Shown: positions 1 to 11,584 of the stretch, piece after piece | How positions within the stretch are numbered: position 1 is the stretch's first letter | Layout of the letters: every line of letters starts with the position of its first letter | Source: Dimorphilus gyrociliatus | Lineage: Eukaryota > Animalia > Annelida | Assembly: GCA_904063045.1 (NCBI GenBank) | Contig: CAJFCJ010000005.1 | Coordinates: forward strand, 3,466,165-3,530,164 | Reading direction: 5' to 3' | DNA length: 64,000 nt | The notes under the pieces: generated by a model | Databases searched by the model: none | The model's input: the letters and a program-made list of their open reading frames with translations, nothing else | What the model was told of the DNA's origin: nothing | Made by a program: the position numbers and the translations under genes

Positions 1-793
1 TGTATATTTCTATATTTAAGCTTGCTTATTTAAATATTAAATAAATTGAATGATTGAATAATGAACTAGTTTTACGATTGCTGAAAATAAAATGTAAACA
101 CAGCTTTTTTAAATATCACGGATCAAATTAAAATCGATTTTTTACTCCTATTTTCTAGTTTGATTCTCATAAATAATAATAAACAGGCTAAAGAAAAACA
201 AAAGTAAAGGTTATATTTAAACAAAGGATGAGAATGAGGAGGAAACTATTAGAGAAAGATTATATTCTACTTAGCTTAGCTATTAATAAATTGTTTCAAG
301 AAATTACATATATAGAAAGGGCTTAATGTAACAGTTTCTTAAAAAATTATTGATAGAAAGAGAATTTAATACTATAAGAAGTGTAAAAACAATTATTAAT
401 ATATTTAATATAATATAAAAATAATAAACTGGACATCCGGGATACGTTTGTTATGTGTTTTGAAAGATATATAATTTTCTGTTTTATGTTTGTTGTACAC
501 TTTCTAAGACTGTAAAGTTTATTTGATGTCGCCGCTTTCGAAAATCTAAGCTATCAATAATGGGACTACACACACTTAACAAATAGACGTATTATTTATT
601 TTCAGCAAATATATATATATATAGAGAGAAAAGAGAATTCAGACAATAGAAAGGGAAAGAGAGAGACTATGTGTGAGAAAGAGAAAAATAATAATATTTA
701 ATTATTGCCATTAATAACATAAATATTGGAACTATTAAAGCTTTATTATTATCCTTCGATCAGTTCTACATGTCTTTAAAATAACTCAATTTC

Positions 794-2368
794 TTAAGAC
801 TCTTGAATAACTCGGCATCGTTTTCCAGAAATGGGTAAATTTCTTCGTAGTTCTCTTCTAACTTCTTCAAGATCAGCATCAGCAGCACATGCGCATATTG
901 TAACTACTCCATCAGATGAAACCGCTTCTACAGACCAAACATTTATCTTGTCGGTCATTTGAAAATTTCTTACGAATTGCCGTTTAGAAGTCTGCGAACC
1001 AATTTTTTCTTCTTTTTCAGCTACAATGCTTATTTTATCAGGCGTTACCTTGATTGTGACGTTTTCAGCTTTGTAGGTAATTCCAATATTAACTTCTAGC
1101 TTTGTTATCTTATCAGGATTTGATTCAATAGCTTTGAGTTTATTTGATTGACTAGAAAGCGTCATCTCCGGTTTGGCGACTTCAAAGCTAGAATCATAAT
1201 ACGGATTTTGCAGCACACTGTCAATTGTATCTAATTGCATATTGTTAGAGGTATATGGTTCAATATCAAACTCTTCGTAGCTGGGTGGAGGTTCCTTTTG
1301 TTCTTTTCTTCCACTTATCCTGAGATTACCATCCACCAATTTAGATTGAAGTGTATTTAAATCGATGTTAAAGGGAACATGAACTTCTTTCCTAAAATTT
1401 CTGGTTGTTGTCGTATCGCCTTCCTTCGCCTCCTTTTTAGCACTAACAATTAAATTGCGTGATTTATCGGATAGACTAATTTTAACGCTCTCCTGATCAA
1501 ATTCGCTTAAATCGAATTCAACAACAAAATCATCTTGATCTCTTGCAAGAACTTTTCTTAGCAAATCTTTATGTCTTTCGTCATCTTCACCAGGTAAAGC
1601 TTGAATAGCTTCCGGCTGATTTGTGTCTGTAGTTTATATATAAATACTATAAATATATATGCGGTATTTAGAACAAGAAGACAAAACTAAGGCCTAATAA
1701 AACAGTAAGTTGAGAGTAAGAGGGTGAGAATATATGGAGAAAGGGATTGGTTCAATAACCTATAAGGTAAAAGATAAAGAGAAGAGAAAAAAAACAAATA
1801 CACTCATTCATTCAATAATTTAAATATTATATATTTAGTTTGTTTTTTCTTTCTTTCTATCTTTCTTTTTTTTTTAAGGTAAAGAATCCTTTGATTGCTA
1901 AATTGCGACATATTTCGACACATCTACTGTAGGTATATACAATTTACAGTTCATAATAAACAAGAATATGATGCAGAACAACCTAGATTGTTATTCTTTT
2001 ACATTTTCCCACACTTTAATTCGTTTCTCCAACAAGGAAACTATAAACTATTTATTATATGTTTTTAGTATATAAAAAACCAAACCTAAACATTCTCTAC
2101 CCCCCGCAAAGAATCGTCTATTAGAATTTATATGATATTTGTGCGAGTTATACCATAAAATTAAACGAATTAGGAAAATGTATTTACTTGTTTGAAAAGT
2201 TGGTCTGTAACTTTGTTCATTTGATTTTGGCAGCGGCATCTTGAAGAATTCTTGTTGTAACCTTTCAACTTCATGTTGCCAATCATTTTTTCTTTTTTCC
2301 AATTCTTTTTCAATATGGGGTGGAAGATCCGAAGAATTTTCATCTCGTCTTATTCGTACGGACGACAT
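794..2368 (-). CDS. Small heat-shock protein with two alpha-crystallin (HSP20) domains (p40/major-egg-antigen-like), 2 or more exons
   Basis: ORF 794-1564 has two ACD-like blocks (FVVEFDLSEFDQESVKISL...RNFRKEVHVP and LEVNIGITYKAENVTIKV...RQFVRNFQMTDKI). ATG at 2368 (MSSVRIRRD...EFFKMP) with donor ACAA|GTAAAT (~2187) joins in phase 1 to acceptor CTACAG|ACACA (~1626), in frame with the long ORF. Confidence 0.8.
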
Positions 2369-2491
2369 TCTCTGTCTGTTGAAAAGCCTCAACAATAGGC
2401 CACCCTTTGGGAATTGACTTAAGGCCTGTTTTACTAGCAAAAAAAACTAATCCTTCAACCAACCAATAGAGACTTAAAGAAGTAAGCGATT

Positions 2492-2499
2492 TGACGTCA
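2492..2499. promoter_or_regulatory. CRE palindrome TGACGTCA ~125 bp upstream of the sHSP start codon
   Basis: Exact CREB/ATF consensus in the proximal upstream region. Function untested. Confidence 0.3.
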
Positions 2500-3544
2500 T
2501 TTGTATATACAGTATATATATTTATAAATATAAATATTATAAGTTATAAATATCACTTTCAAAGAAAAAGGTCATATCTTTAAAACTATTAAAATATGAT
2601 AATTAATAGTAATATTACGCTTGTTTGTTATATTTTATATCATAAAACTTCAAACAAGCCTATGTTTTTTTATTATTTGTACTTTACACCGTATACTGTT
2701 TATAACTAATATATACTTAATATTCTCTAAAGAATAAGGGATAATATTAAGTAATTAGGTCATATTTTATAATAGATTTTTATATAATAATTATAGATTA
2801 TAACAATATTTGGTCTTGCACTCTGTACTTACAAAGTATTAAAAAAAATAAGTAGATTTTTAGGGGAAGAAAAACCTTAAAAAAAAAAAAGTTCTATAAT
2901 AAACTTCTGTATTGTTGTTTTGTCGTTTCCCACAGTTGGAAATATCATAAGCCTATACATACTAATAAGGAAATGACTCTAATTTTTGTCTTTTCTTTTT
3001 TACTCTTAAGCCTACTTTTACAAAGTTTTCAGTCGTTTCTTTTATAAAAAGAAAACTAGACCTTCTATTTTTATTTATTAGGTAATGTGCCAAGCACAGA
3101 GTATATATATAATATATATACAACGCCATCTACAAATATGAATTTATAAAACAAATTGGAAGGTAAAAAAATACTTTCTCTTTCGTAATAAAATCCCTCG
3201 TTGAATCCTAAGCAGTAGGGAGTCTTTTTAATTAGTTTGATCTTTTTAACACATAATACTTCTTTCCTAGATTTAAATTAATAGTCGGCTAAACGATAAT
3301 CTTTGCGATCTTTAATTACAATAATTCTAAATTCAAAAGGAAAAGAAAAAGCTTAAGTACTTAATTTGTTGTTTCACTTAAGCCATATTGTAGGGTTATT
3401 TATTATGTAAAAGAAAAAACTTAAAACACTAAATTGGGTCAAGGGAAAAAGAAGAAGATATTAGAAGATTAATCCAAAAGTAAATGTTGAATTTTTAATA
3501 TTTAAAAGTATTTTTAAAAAGAAGATATATTTTTAAAAATTGAA

Positions 3545-5922
3545 ATGTTGAATTTGATATTTTATGTCTTATTTCCATATTACTTCATATTTCTCTATCT
3601 AAAAAGTATTGTTTAATAAACAAAATATAGTTTATTCAATAATTGATTTTAATAAATTCATTTAGATGGTTTAGCTGAAGATTATACATTGTTAAAAGCT
3701 ATAAATTGTGGGAATATTTCAAATTTTATACTAGGTTGTAGGAATAATCAATATTTGACAATAAAATCAACTTTTTATGGAAGAAATAACGAAAATCTCT
3801 CGCTAAGTTGTAAAAAAAGAAAAGAAATTTTATTGGATGCCATTAAAAAATCATGCCAATCAAAAATGTTGTGTTTTATAAACGCAAATTACATTTGTAA
3901 CAACTCTTGTCCCATTCATAATTATGTTATCGAATATTCCTGCCAAGGTGTATATTTCTCTATAAGTAAACTTATATTTCATGTATATTCAAATTCTTGA
4001 ACAGTTCGCACCTCTCAAGCGATAATTTGTCAACACGATGGTCATATTTTAATTGGTTGTCCAAATAATAGTTTTATAACTACAGTAAGCGCTTTTTATG
4101 GAAGGTCAAATAACCATATATGCCCAATTCAACCTCAAATGTTTAACTATACAAACTATAGTTATAAAGCAAAAAATGCAAATGAAGTCTTCAGAAGGAC
4201 ATGCGATAATAGGCAAAATTGTATTATGAGTTCGAGGTGCTTATTTTTCATTGTAATCGATTTTATATCTTCTCTTATTGCTTTATATTAAGCGAGCAAT
4301 TCTACTCTAAAGTTCTTCCCAATGTCAATAAATATCTATATTTAAAATGGAAATGTTACGGTTTGTAGTAGATTTTTCATTTTCATTTACTTTTCAATTA
4401 TCTCTATTCCAAGAATGCGTCAATGAGCTAGGAGATGATTCTTATTGCGACTTTTTAGCTAATTTAGGAGAATGTGTGGCACAGAGGGAAGCTATGATTA
4501 GGTTTTGCAGAAAGTCTTGTCTAAGATGCTCTAAAGTTAGAATTCCTTGTGAAAATACGTTTGAAGATCCTTTAAAATGTGATTATTATGCGAAAAGAGG
4601 CGATTGCCTCAGTAATCCCGCTTGGATGTTGCCGTTTTGTAGAAAATCTTGTCTAAAATGTAACGGGAAACGTAACGAATACAGATTAGAGAATTTCTAT
4701 AAGAAAGCATACAATAACGAATACGAAACGAGTGTGAATGATACCTTAGAAGCGAATAGAATTGGGTGTGATTATTGGGCAAAAAACGGCTTTTGCAGAT
4801 TAAAGAAGTTGTGGATGTTGTTCTATTGCAGAAAGTCTTGCAGTAAATTTGATCCTGTACTTGAAACAATTTGTATGGATTCATATAAGGCCGTTAAAGG
4901 AGCATCATGCAAAAATTTGGCTGAAGACGGCGATTGCATTAACAATAGGCAATGGATGTTGGAAAATTGTTACGCTTCTTGTACAGGCTGTAACCTAAAA
5001 TATCCTAGAGGTAACTAAACACACATTTCGACATTCATTGATGGTGAATAGTCAATTAATTAATAAGAAACCTATATTAAGAATGTCTGAATGAACATTT
5101 GAGCGATGAAGAATGTGATGTATGGGCAAACGAAGGCGATTGCGAAAGGAATCCGCATTGGATGTCGAGAAATTGTTTCAAATCTTGTAGCAGATGTGAA
5201 TATTCGACTTTAAGAAAGAAAGTTAATTGCTCCGATAGATATGACGCGGAGAAATGCCAGTTATGGTCATCGAATGGTTACTGTTTAAGAAATTTTGAGT
5301 TTATGTTGCCATTGTGTAAAAAGAGTTGCGGATGGTGTGATTATCAATTAAATACCCTTAACAACGGCATTGTTGGAAATTCTATGCAACCTGGTTTTGA
5401 TAGAAATAATTTTGCTGGTAAATCTGTAATATTTGGCCAAAAATTTTCGCTTAATGGTAGTGTTTACAGTTTTGCTGTTTATTTTGCCAAAATTGGATTC
5501 ACATTTGTAAGTTAAAAGTTAGGCATACGTTACCTCCTTACATTCTTTTTTTTAGATTGAAATATGGAGGCCTATAGGTGATTCTTTTAAACAAATCTAT
5601 CAATTAAGCGTTGAAAATTCATTGAATTCAAGCTATGCTCATGTGGTATTTAATAATATATTAATCTACCTTTCATATAGTCATTAAATAACAACTTTTA
5701 TAGTTCGTACCTGCTGATAAGTGCATTGAAGTGAAACAAAACGATAGATTTGGTCTAACATCAATTTCCAATCAAGATATTCCTGTTCTAAGTTTAAACC
5801 ACTCAAAATACGATTCATTTTGGAGGGACAACTATAGTAATAAAAATTTCATTAAAATGGATAATGAGATTGATTTTATCGTGTCTGCAAACTTTAAACC
5901 GATCAACTGCCAAATAAATTAA
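3545..5922 (+). CDS. Secreted protein: signal peptide, 2 SUEL/Gal-lectin-like domains, 6 ShKT domains and an unassigned C-terminal domain
   Basis: ATG 3545 gives hydrophobic MLNLIFYVLFPYYFIFLYLK, spliced (3606-3666) to two C..xYGR..C lectin-like units (STFYGRNN, SAFYGRSN). Six ShKT Cys patterns (e.g. CDYYAKRGDCLSNPAWMLPFCRKSCLKC) lie in ORFs 4347-5018 and 5099-5515. Last exon ends at 5922. Confidence 0.75.
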
Positions 5923-6060
5923 GATACTTATAGGCTTATATCTCAAGTTTGGGAATTGTTTCATTCTATAATAATGCTTACATTAATTAATCTAATATTT
6001 ATTTTAAGTAAAAACAAAATATAATATGAATAGTTTTTATATTATTTAAACCTTGTTGAC

Positions 6061-7218
6061 TCAGAAAATATCATCATATTTCACCATATCTCTAGTTTCT
6101 TTATGATTTGATATTGACTTTTGAGATTGAATAGCCGCTATAGAAGACCAAGTTTGAGTTGCGGCGCCTTCAGCGGGAGTCTCAAAATTTGGTTGTCTTC
6201 TCGCAATTGAGACGTTTAATTGAACGCCGCAAACTATACTACCGCTAACCTGAAAAGTTAAATAGAATGGTTTATTACCATTTGCAAGTAAATTACGAAA
6301 AGTAATAATACTTCATTGACGGCTGTATCTGCATCCTCCATGCTCTCAAATGTGACAAATCCACAATGTTTATCTGGTTCAACATTTATATTTATTATAC
6401 TGCCTATTTCCGAACAAGCCTTGCGGAGTATTTCTTCAGTAATACCGTGACCAGAAACGTAAACAGTATTTCCTCTCTTCGGGGTAAATTCACGTTTAGT
6501 GTGTCTCTCAGTGGGAGGTTTTTCAGATGGCCCTAAATAAAACATACCACGTTTATAAGATTATTCTATATCTGCAAACTATTACAAGTTGTAGATTATT
6601 ACCTTGTTTACCTCCACTGACAAAACTCTCCAAGAGCGGTTTGTACTTCTTTTTGGCTACGGGACCTTTCTTTTCCTCTTCTTCAACAGGTCGTTCTGGA
6701 GATTGATTCTTTTGAAACGGTTGAAACCCAACAGGGGCTTGTTTTTCATTGCTATCCCTCCGTACTCTTTTCTTCTTAAATTTACCTTCTTTCTTATCAA
6801 CTTCAATTTTCAGACCCTAAAGTAAAATCAGTACTCAAAAGTAGAGTTTTAAAGGTATTTTCTAATTTGTCTTACTCCAGATTTAAGTAATTTTTTGGCT
6901 TGTTCTGTTGCATCTGCGGCTTTTTCTGATACTAAAATGGAACAATTTTATTCATATTAGATAAGATTTCCCTAAAATGTTTTCAATCAAAATACTCTTT
7001 TTTTCTTCTTCAGCATTTTTCTTGTCGCTACCGTCCGTTGCCTTTGAAGGTTTTGCGTAAGATTGAAATTGTTTGCGCTGACAAAAAACTGTATATATTA
7101 TCGCTCATAAGATATATAATAATGATCGTTATCATACCACTTTTTTAAGATCGGCGAATTTTTTTTGAAGTATCTTTTCAGCATCAGTTAGCTGGGTTGG
7201 TAAGTGAAAACTTTTCAT
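6061..7218 (-). CDS. NELFE: Negative elongation factor E (RRM protein), multi-exon
   Basis: N-terminus MKSFHLPTQLTDAEKILQKKFADLKK, AADATEQAKKLLKSG, RRM KRGNTVYVSGHGITEEILRK...CGFVTFESMEDADTAVNE, and VQLNVSIARRQP all match NELF-E. Stop TGA at 6061-6063. Confidence 0.9.
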
Positions 7219-7571
7219 GATTCTGTCATAAATTAGATTAATAAATTGATAATTTGGACACTGCAACAACAAAAATGGAATTATCGTTGGAATACGATTC
7301 CAATGAACAGAGTGTCCTTAGAGAGCGTGGGAAAAAAGTCGCGTGTTCTCCAATTCTGTTTGCCGTCAATTTACCACTTAAATTCAACTGTCTATATTTA
7401 TAAAATACGCTTAATTCGTTCAAGAATGGTAAGTGTTTCTGTTTCTTTTTCATTATTCTTTATTCTGTAGATATTTGGAATTTATAGTTCATTACTGTAG
7501 ATTCCACATTTCAGAACATTAAATAAAAACTATAACTTTGCCAATCTCATTTAATAGTTTCATTATAGCAA

Positions 7572-8855
7572 ATGTCTTTGCAGGCAAAGGCGTTTGCAAA
7601 GTTTGAAAAAAATTTAAATGAGTTGGTAAAGACTCAGCTGACGGTATTCAGAACACAGTATAAGTTTGTGAAAGGCATGCTAGAAGTCTTCGCCTCTGAT
7701 GATAAATTAGTAGATTGTATAAGTATCAGTGTGGAAAATGCAAGCAGAAGCAATAGAACGGTGCAGGACCAAAGTGACTTTATATTTGAGGTCCTCAAGA
7801 AATTGATAATTACCAATATCCGAGCCAATTACTCTTTTGGAGAGCAAGGCCGTATTGCAGGTGTTCTTCACATCATGTTGGAAGAGAAAAAGCCTATTAA
7901 GCTTACTAGTCGTTTCGTGGAAAACTTCGAAGGATCACTCCTTTCAAACTCTGGTATAAAGCGAGAAACCCACGAGTTAATTACCATTAGCGATGACGCA
8001 GACAGTGATTCTGAAAACGTTGTCAGGAAAATTATTGCAGATAACCACCCTGGAACCTGTACAAGGAGTCGAACGAAGAGACTTAGACAAAGCGGAATTT
8101 CAGCTGGCACTAATTCAACAAGCGTGCGAACTGCATTAGATTTTAACTATAGACATTTAGATGCAACTTTTAATGACGAAGTAGACTTACATTCTTTTTC
8201 ATATAATGAAGCTGGCGAACTGGCAAATGAACTTGAAGCAGCGTCAAGTGATAGTCAAACTTCATCAGAGCCCAGAAATAGTTTTCAAGATTCAGAGTGG
8301 CTACCAACAACTTTAAAGCATCAGGAGAGTAGTGTCTACAAGTCTTTGGTATCGGGATTAACTTGCCTTGATTGTGATAAGGTTTACTGCTCAATTGATG
8401 AATTTAGTAAACACTTAATTTCATATCATCTTCCTCATATTGAAAGTAAAAACCCGGAAATTTTTATACAGCAAAATGAAAATTGCTATTCTTGTAAACT
8501 TTGTAAGCAGAATTTTCTTCAGAAGTGTAAACTTATGATTCATATTTTCCAAAACCATCTCATTTCAAAACGAACTAACATACATTGTCCTGTATGTGGT
8601 AAGGAGGGATCGACATCTGTAATAATAACTCATTTAAATCATCTTCACTTGTTTAGAAAGAAATGTCATGTATGCAAACAATACGTCAAGAGGGGAGACG
8701 ACTATGTCAAACATTTTATAGATGAACATTCCGAAAAGATTAAAGGGTGTCGAGATGATTTTATTGCAAGAGAGATGAGGTCAGCAATAGCTTTCTTTCG
8801 TAAGAATAAACTACCAGATAAAGTAATGGATACTGTCGACCAGTCACCTAGCTGA
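7572..8855 (+). CDS. Intronless C2H2 zinc-finger protein (4 fingers at the C-terminus)
   Basis: 427-aa ORF with CLDC..H..H, CKLC..H..H, CPVC..H..H and CHVC..H..H motifs. Confidence 0.75.
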   Translation: MSLQAKAFAKFEKNLNELVKTQLTVFRTQYKFVKGMLEVFASDDKLVDCISISVENASRSNRTVQDQSDFIFEVLKKLIITNIRANYSFGEQGRIAGVLHIMLEEKKPIKLTSRFVENFEGSLLSNSGIKRETHELITISDDADSDSENVVRKIIADNHPGTCTRSRTKRLRQSGISAGTNSTSVRTALDFNYRHLDATFNDEVDLHSFSYNEAGELANELEAASSDSQTSSEPRNSFQDSEWLPTTLKHQESSVYKSLVSGLTCLDCDKVYCSIDEFSKHLISYHLPHIESKNPEIFIQQNENCYSCKLCKQNFLQKCKLMIHIFQNHLISKRTNIHCPVCGKEGSTSVIITHLNHLHLFRKKCHVCKQYVKRGDDYVKHFIDEHSEKIKGCRDDFIAREMRSAIAFFRKNKLPDKVMDTVDQSPS

Positions 8856-9327
8856 GTCTTTATCACTCATTTAATTTCCATACAAAACAATGTATTGTTA
8901 ATTTTAATAACAATACGTAAAAAGTAAGTTAAATTTTTGTTTATTAAGCAATTTATGATTGTGAAGTAATCGTATTTAATCGTTATCTACTGTTTAAACG
9001 TGTTATTCTTATAAATTAAGTAAAATTTATATGCATCTGATAAAAAGTAAACATCCGATTTGATGGTAATTGTATTTGTAAAAATTTTGCGATCCTACTT
9101 AGGAATTGTTTAAAACTTTGTTTACTTTCGAATTTGATTTTACATCGACTGCAACAACAAAAAAATCAGTTAACATATAAGGCTGTCTTGATAGGTGTAC
9201 CTAAGTATCTAAGAAACGTAATTTTATTGCGTAAGGAATGACTTAAGCCAACTATTTCAATCAAGTATTAAATAATTAATATTTCCGCTATACAATTCAA
9301 TTCTTCAAGCACACATGATTAGTTAAG

Positions 9328-11318
9328 TTAAGCTATGGCTTTTGCTTCTGGTAAAAATTGTTCCCAGTGCTTGACGACCTGAAACAGAAAGAGAAATTAA
9401 TACAGCTAATATGCAATATTATATATTCATCTACCTCTTGCTGACTGCTCATCAATGATTGTAAATAATTAATAACGGTACTCTTAAAATCTTTAACCCT
9501 TTGCTTTTCGAATCGAGCAATTTCTTTTCTTATAGTAGCAGAGATATCTTCAAAATCTTTCTTGGCTTTATCTAATTTTTCTTCACAGTCTTGAATGGCC
9601 ATCTCCTCCTGTTGAACCTTATCATTTTTTCTGGCTATTTCAGCTTTCGCTTTTGCTTCGCGTCTCTTAGTGAGAGCAGATTCGGCATCTTTAACCGATT
9701 TAAAAGTTTTAACACGTTGGTTCATGGCTTCTTTGACGGCACCGACGAGACCAATATAATCTTTAATTAATTCAGCCAGTGAGAAAAAGTCCGCGTCGGC
9801 TTGGTCAAGATGTACATTGTGCATCTTTTCCTCAACGTCTGCCAAATGTGTTAAGGCTCTGGAGAGTCCGCCATGCTCTTCAATAGAACTAAGAAGAGTG
9901 ACGCTCGAAGAGACAGTTTTCGAGCAGAGAGCTAATTCCTTACGGTGAGCCACTAAACCCTCAATAGCAGAGTGAAGGCGACGTAATTGAGCATCCAAAG
10001 TTTCTATTTGTTGTTGCTTTTCTTCAAACCACTAACAAAATATTAGATTTTTATGTAAGTTTTATGCTATAGACAAAAAAATTGTTTTGCTATCTATTTT
10101 CGTTTTTTATATTAACTTAAGCAATGGAATTGCGCTTTAAAAAAACACACTACGAAAAAAACATGCTTTAAGTCTAGTTTATCGCACTGGGCGTCAAATG
10201 AAAGCTTATACGGCTAGGTTACATTGAAACACACGCCATTCTCTCACCTCGAAACTAGCCTTACTTTGCTTAAAAACAAGAGAGTTACAATAAGCTATCT
10301 AGATCCGTTAAGATTAAGGAATTTTTATGGCTTAATTTCTAAAATTACTATTTACCTGATCAGTCTCATCCATCTTAAAAGTAATTTTTCCTATTGAGTC
10401 ACCAACTTTGGTAAATAGACGAGCTAATCCAGCACCACTAAGCGCCGATGTTGAGCTTGATTTAGGCAAATCACCCTCTCTTTCCAAAAAATCTCGGAAA
10501 TTATCGTCCAATATAAGAACTTTATTTTTAGCCAATCGATTGAGATATCTATACAATGTTAAATATCATAGTATTATGAGTCACATGATTGTTCATTTAT
10601 TCTCGCACTATAAGGAAACTATCTTACCTTTCTAAACAGGCTCGTCGCTTTTCAATAAATTCTCCGTGAGTGTCATCCTTTGATATCTTTAATTTAGTAG
10701 TGCCTACAACATCTTTCTCTGGTGGAGGGGGTACTATAATGCCCTTTGATTGATGTTTTTCAGCGAGCTTTTCATGTAGGCCCAAAAAGTCCGAAAATCT
10801 GCGACAAACACTTGATTCTGGGCGACGAAATTGTGGGATAGTTGTTCTTGTTACAACTTTATAAACAATGTAAGACGTCATTCCATCTCCACGTTTTTCT
10901 GGCTCTGTCACATTGATTTCAATGTTATAAACATCCGATTCTTCTTCTCGAGGTCCATTTGTAATTGGTGTTGTCGTTGGTTGAATCGAAGGAATTTGAT
11001 CCTCTTCATTGTTACTTAAGTTAATTTCCTGACCAAACAAATCTTGAGGATCATTATCCTCATTTTTGTCACCGGAATCGTCATTGATTGGAACCTTTTA
11101 TTGTAAAAAAAAGTCATAATCAAAGTATGTTGTGAAATGAATAACGGCTAAATCATTTTGAATGTGTTTTACATAAAGAAAAAGGTCTGTAATAGATTTG
11201 CATCAAATAATTCCTAATTGTCTAAATATCGTACCTCAGAAGATGACTTAAATATGTCATCGCTCTCTGGTTCTTTTTTTCCGTCGCCAAATAAAAGGGG
11301 AGTTTCGTTATTCGCCAT
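9328..11318 (-). CDS. SNX2: Sorting nexin 1/2 (PX-BAR)
   Basis: PX domain (IEINVTEPEKRGDGMTSYIVYKV...RRFSDFLGLHEKL...VPPPPEK), BAR domain in ORF 9333-9998, and spliced C-terminus VVKHWEQFLPEAKAIA* like SNX1/2. ATG at 11318. Confidence 0.92.
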
Positions 11319-11331
11319 TTTTTAGTATTTA

Positions 11332-11423
11332 ATCACGTGATGTTCAGAAATCAAAAACTGGTACACTTTTAGTGGCGCCCTCGGTGTTATACAATACAAC
11401 ATCCGGTTCTCAAGGCGCATGCG
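11332..11423. promoter_or_regulatory. Bidirectional promoter core between SNX1/2 and EPB41L5-like: E-box palindrome ATCACGTGAT (11332-11341) and NRF1-like GCGCATGCG (11415-11423)
   Basis: The motifs lie in the 266-bp gap between divergent start codons at 11318 and 11585. Confidence 0.45.
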
Positions 11424-11584
11424 TATTGTTAAATCGTTCAAGTCATAAACCAAGAGAAAGATGCGTAAGCATTACGCGTTTTATAATTAGACAAAAAGGC
11501 AAAACGGCCTTTTAAACCTTACAACATAACGGGAAGAAAATTATGAACATAGACTTATACTGATTAGTGCTTATTTGATTGGGA

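Noticed and set aside
2087-2118. 32-nt AG...GT-bounded candidate micro-exon in the sHSP intron
   Set aside because: Inclusion introduces a stop or frameshift. It cannot be distinguished from chance without transcripts.
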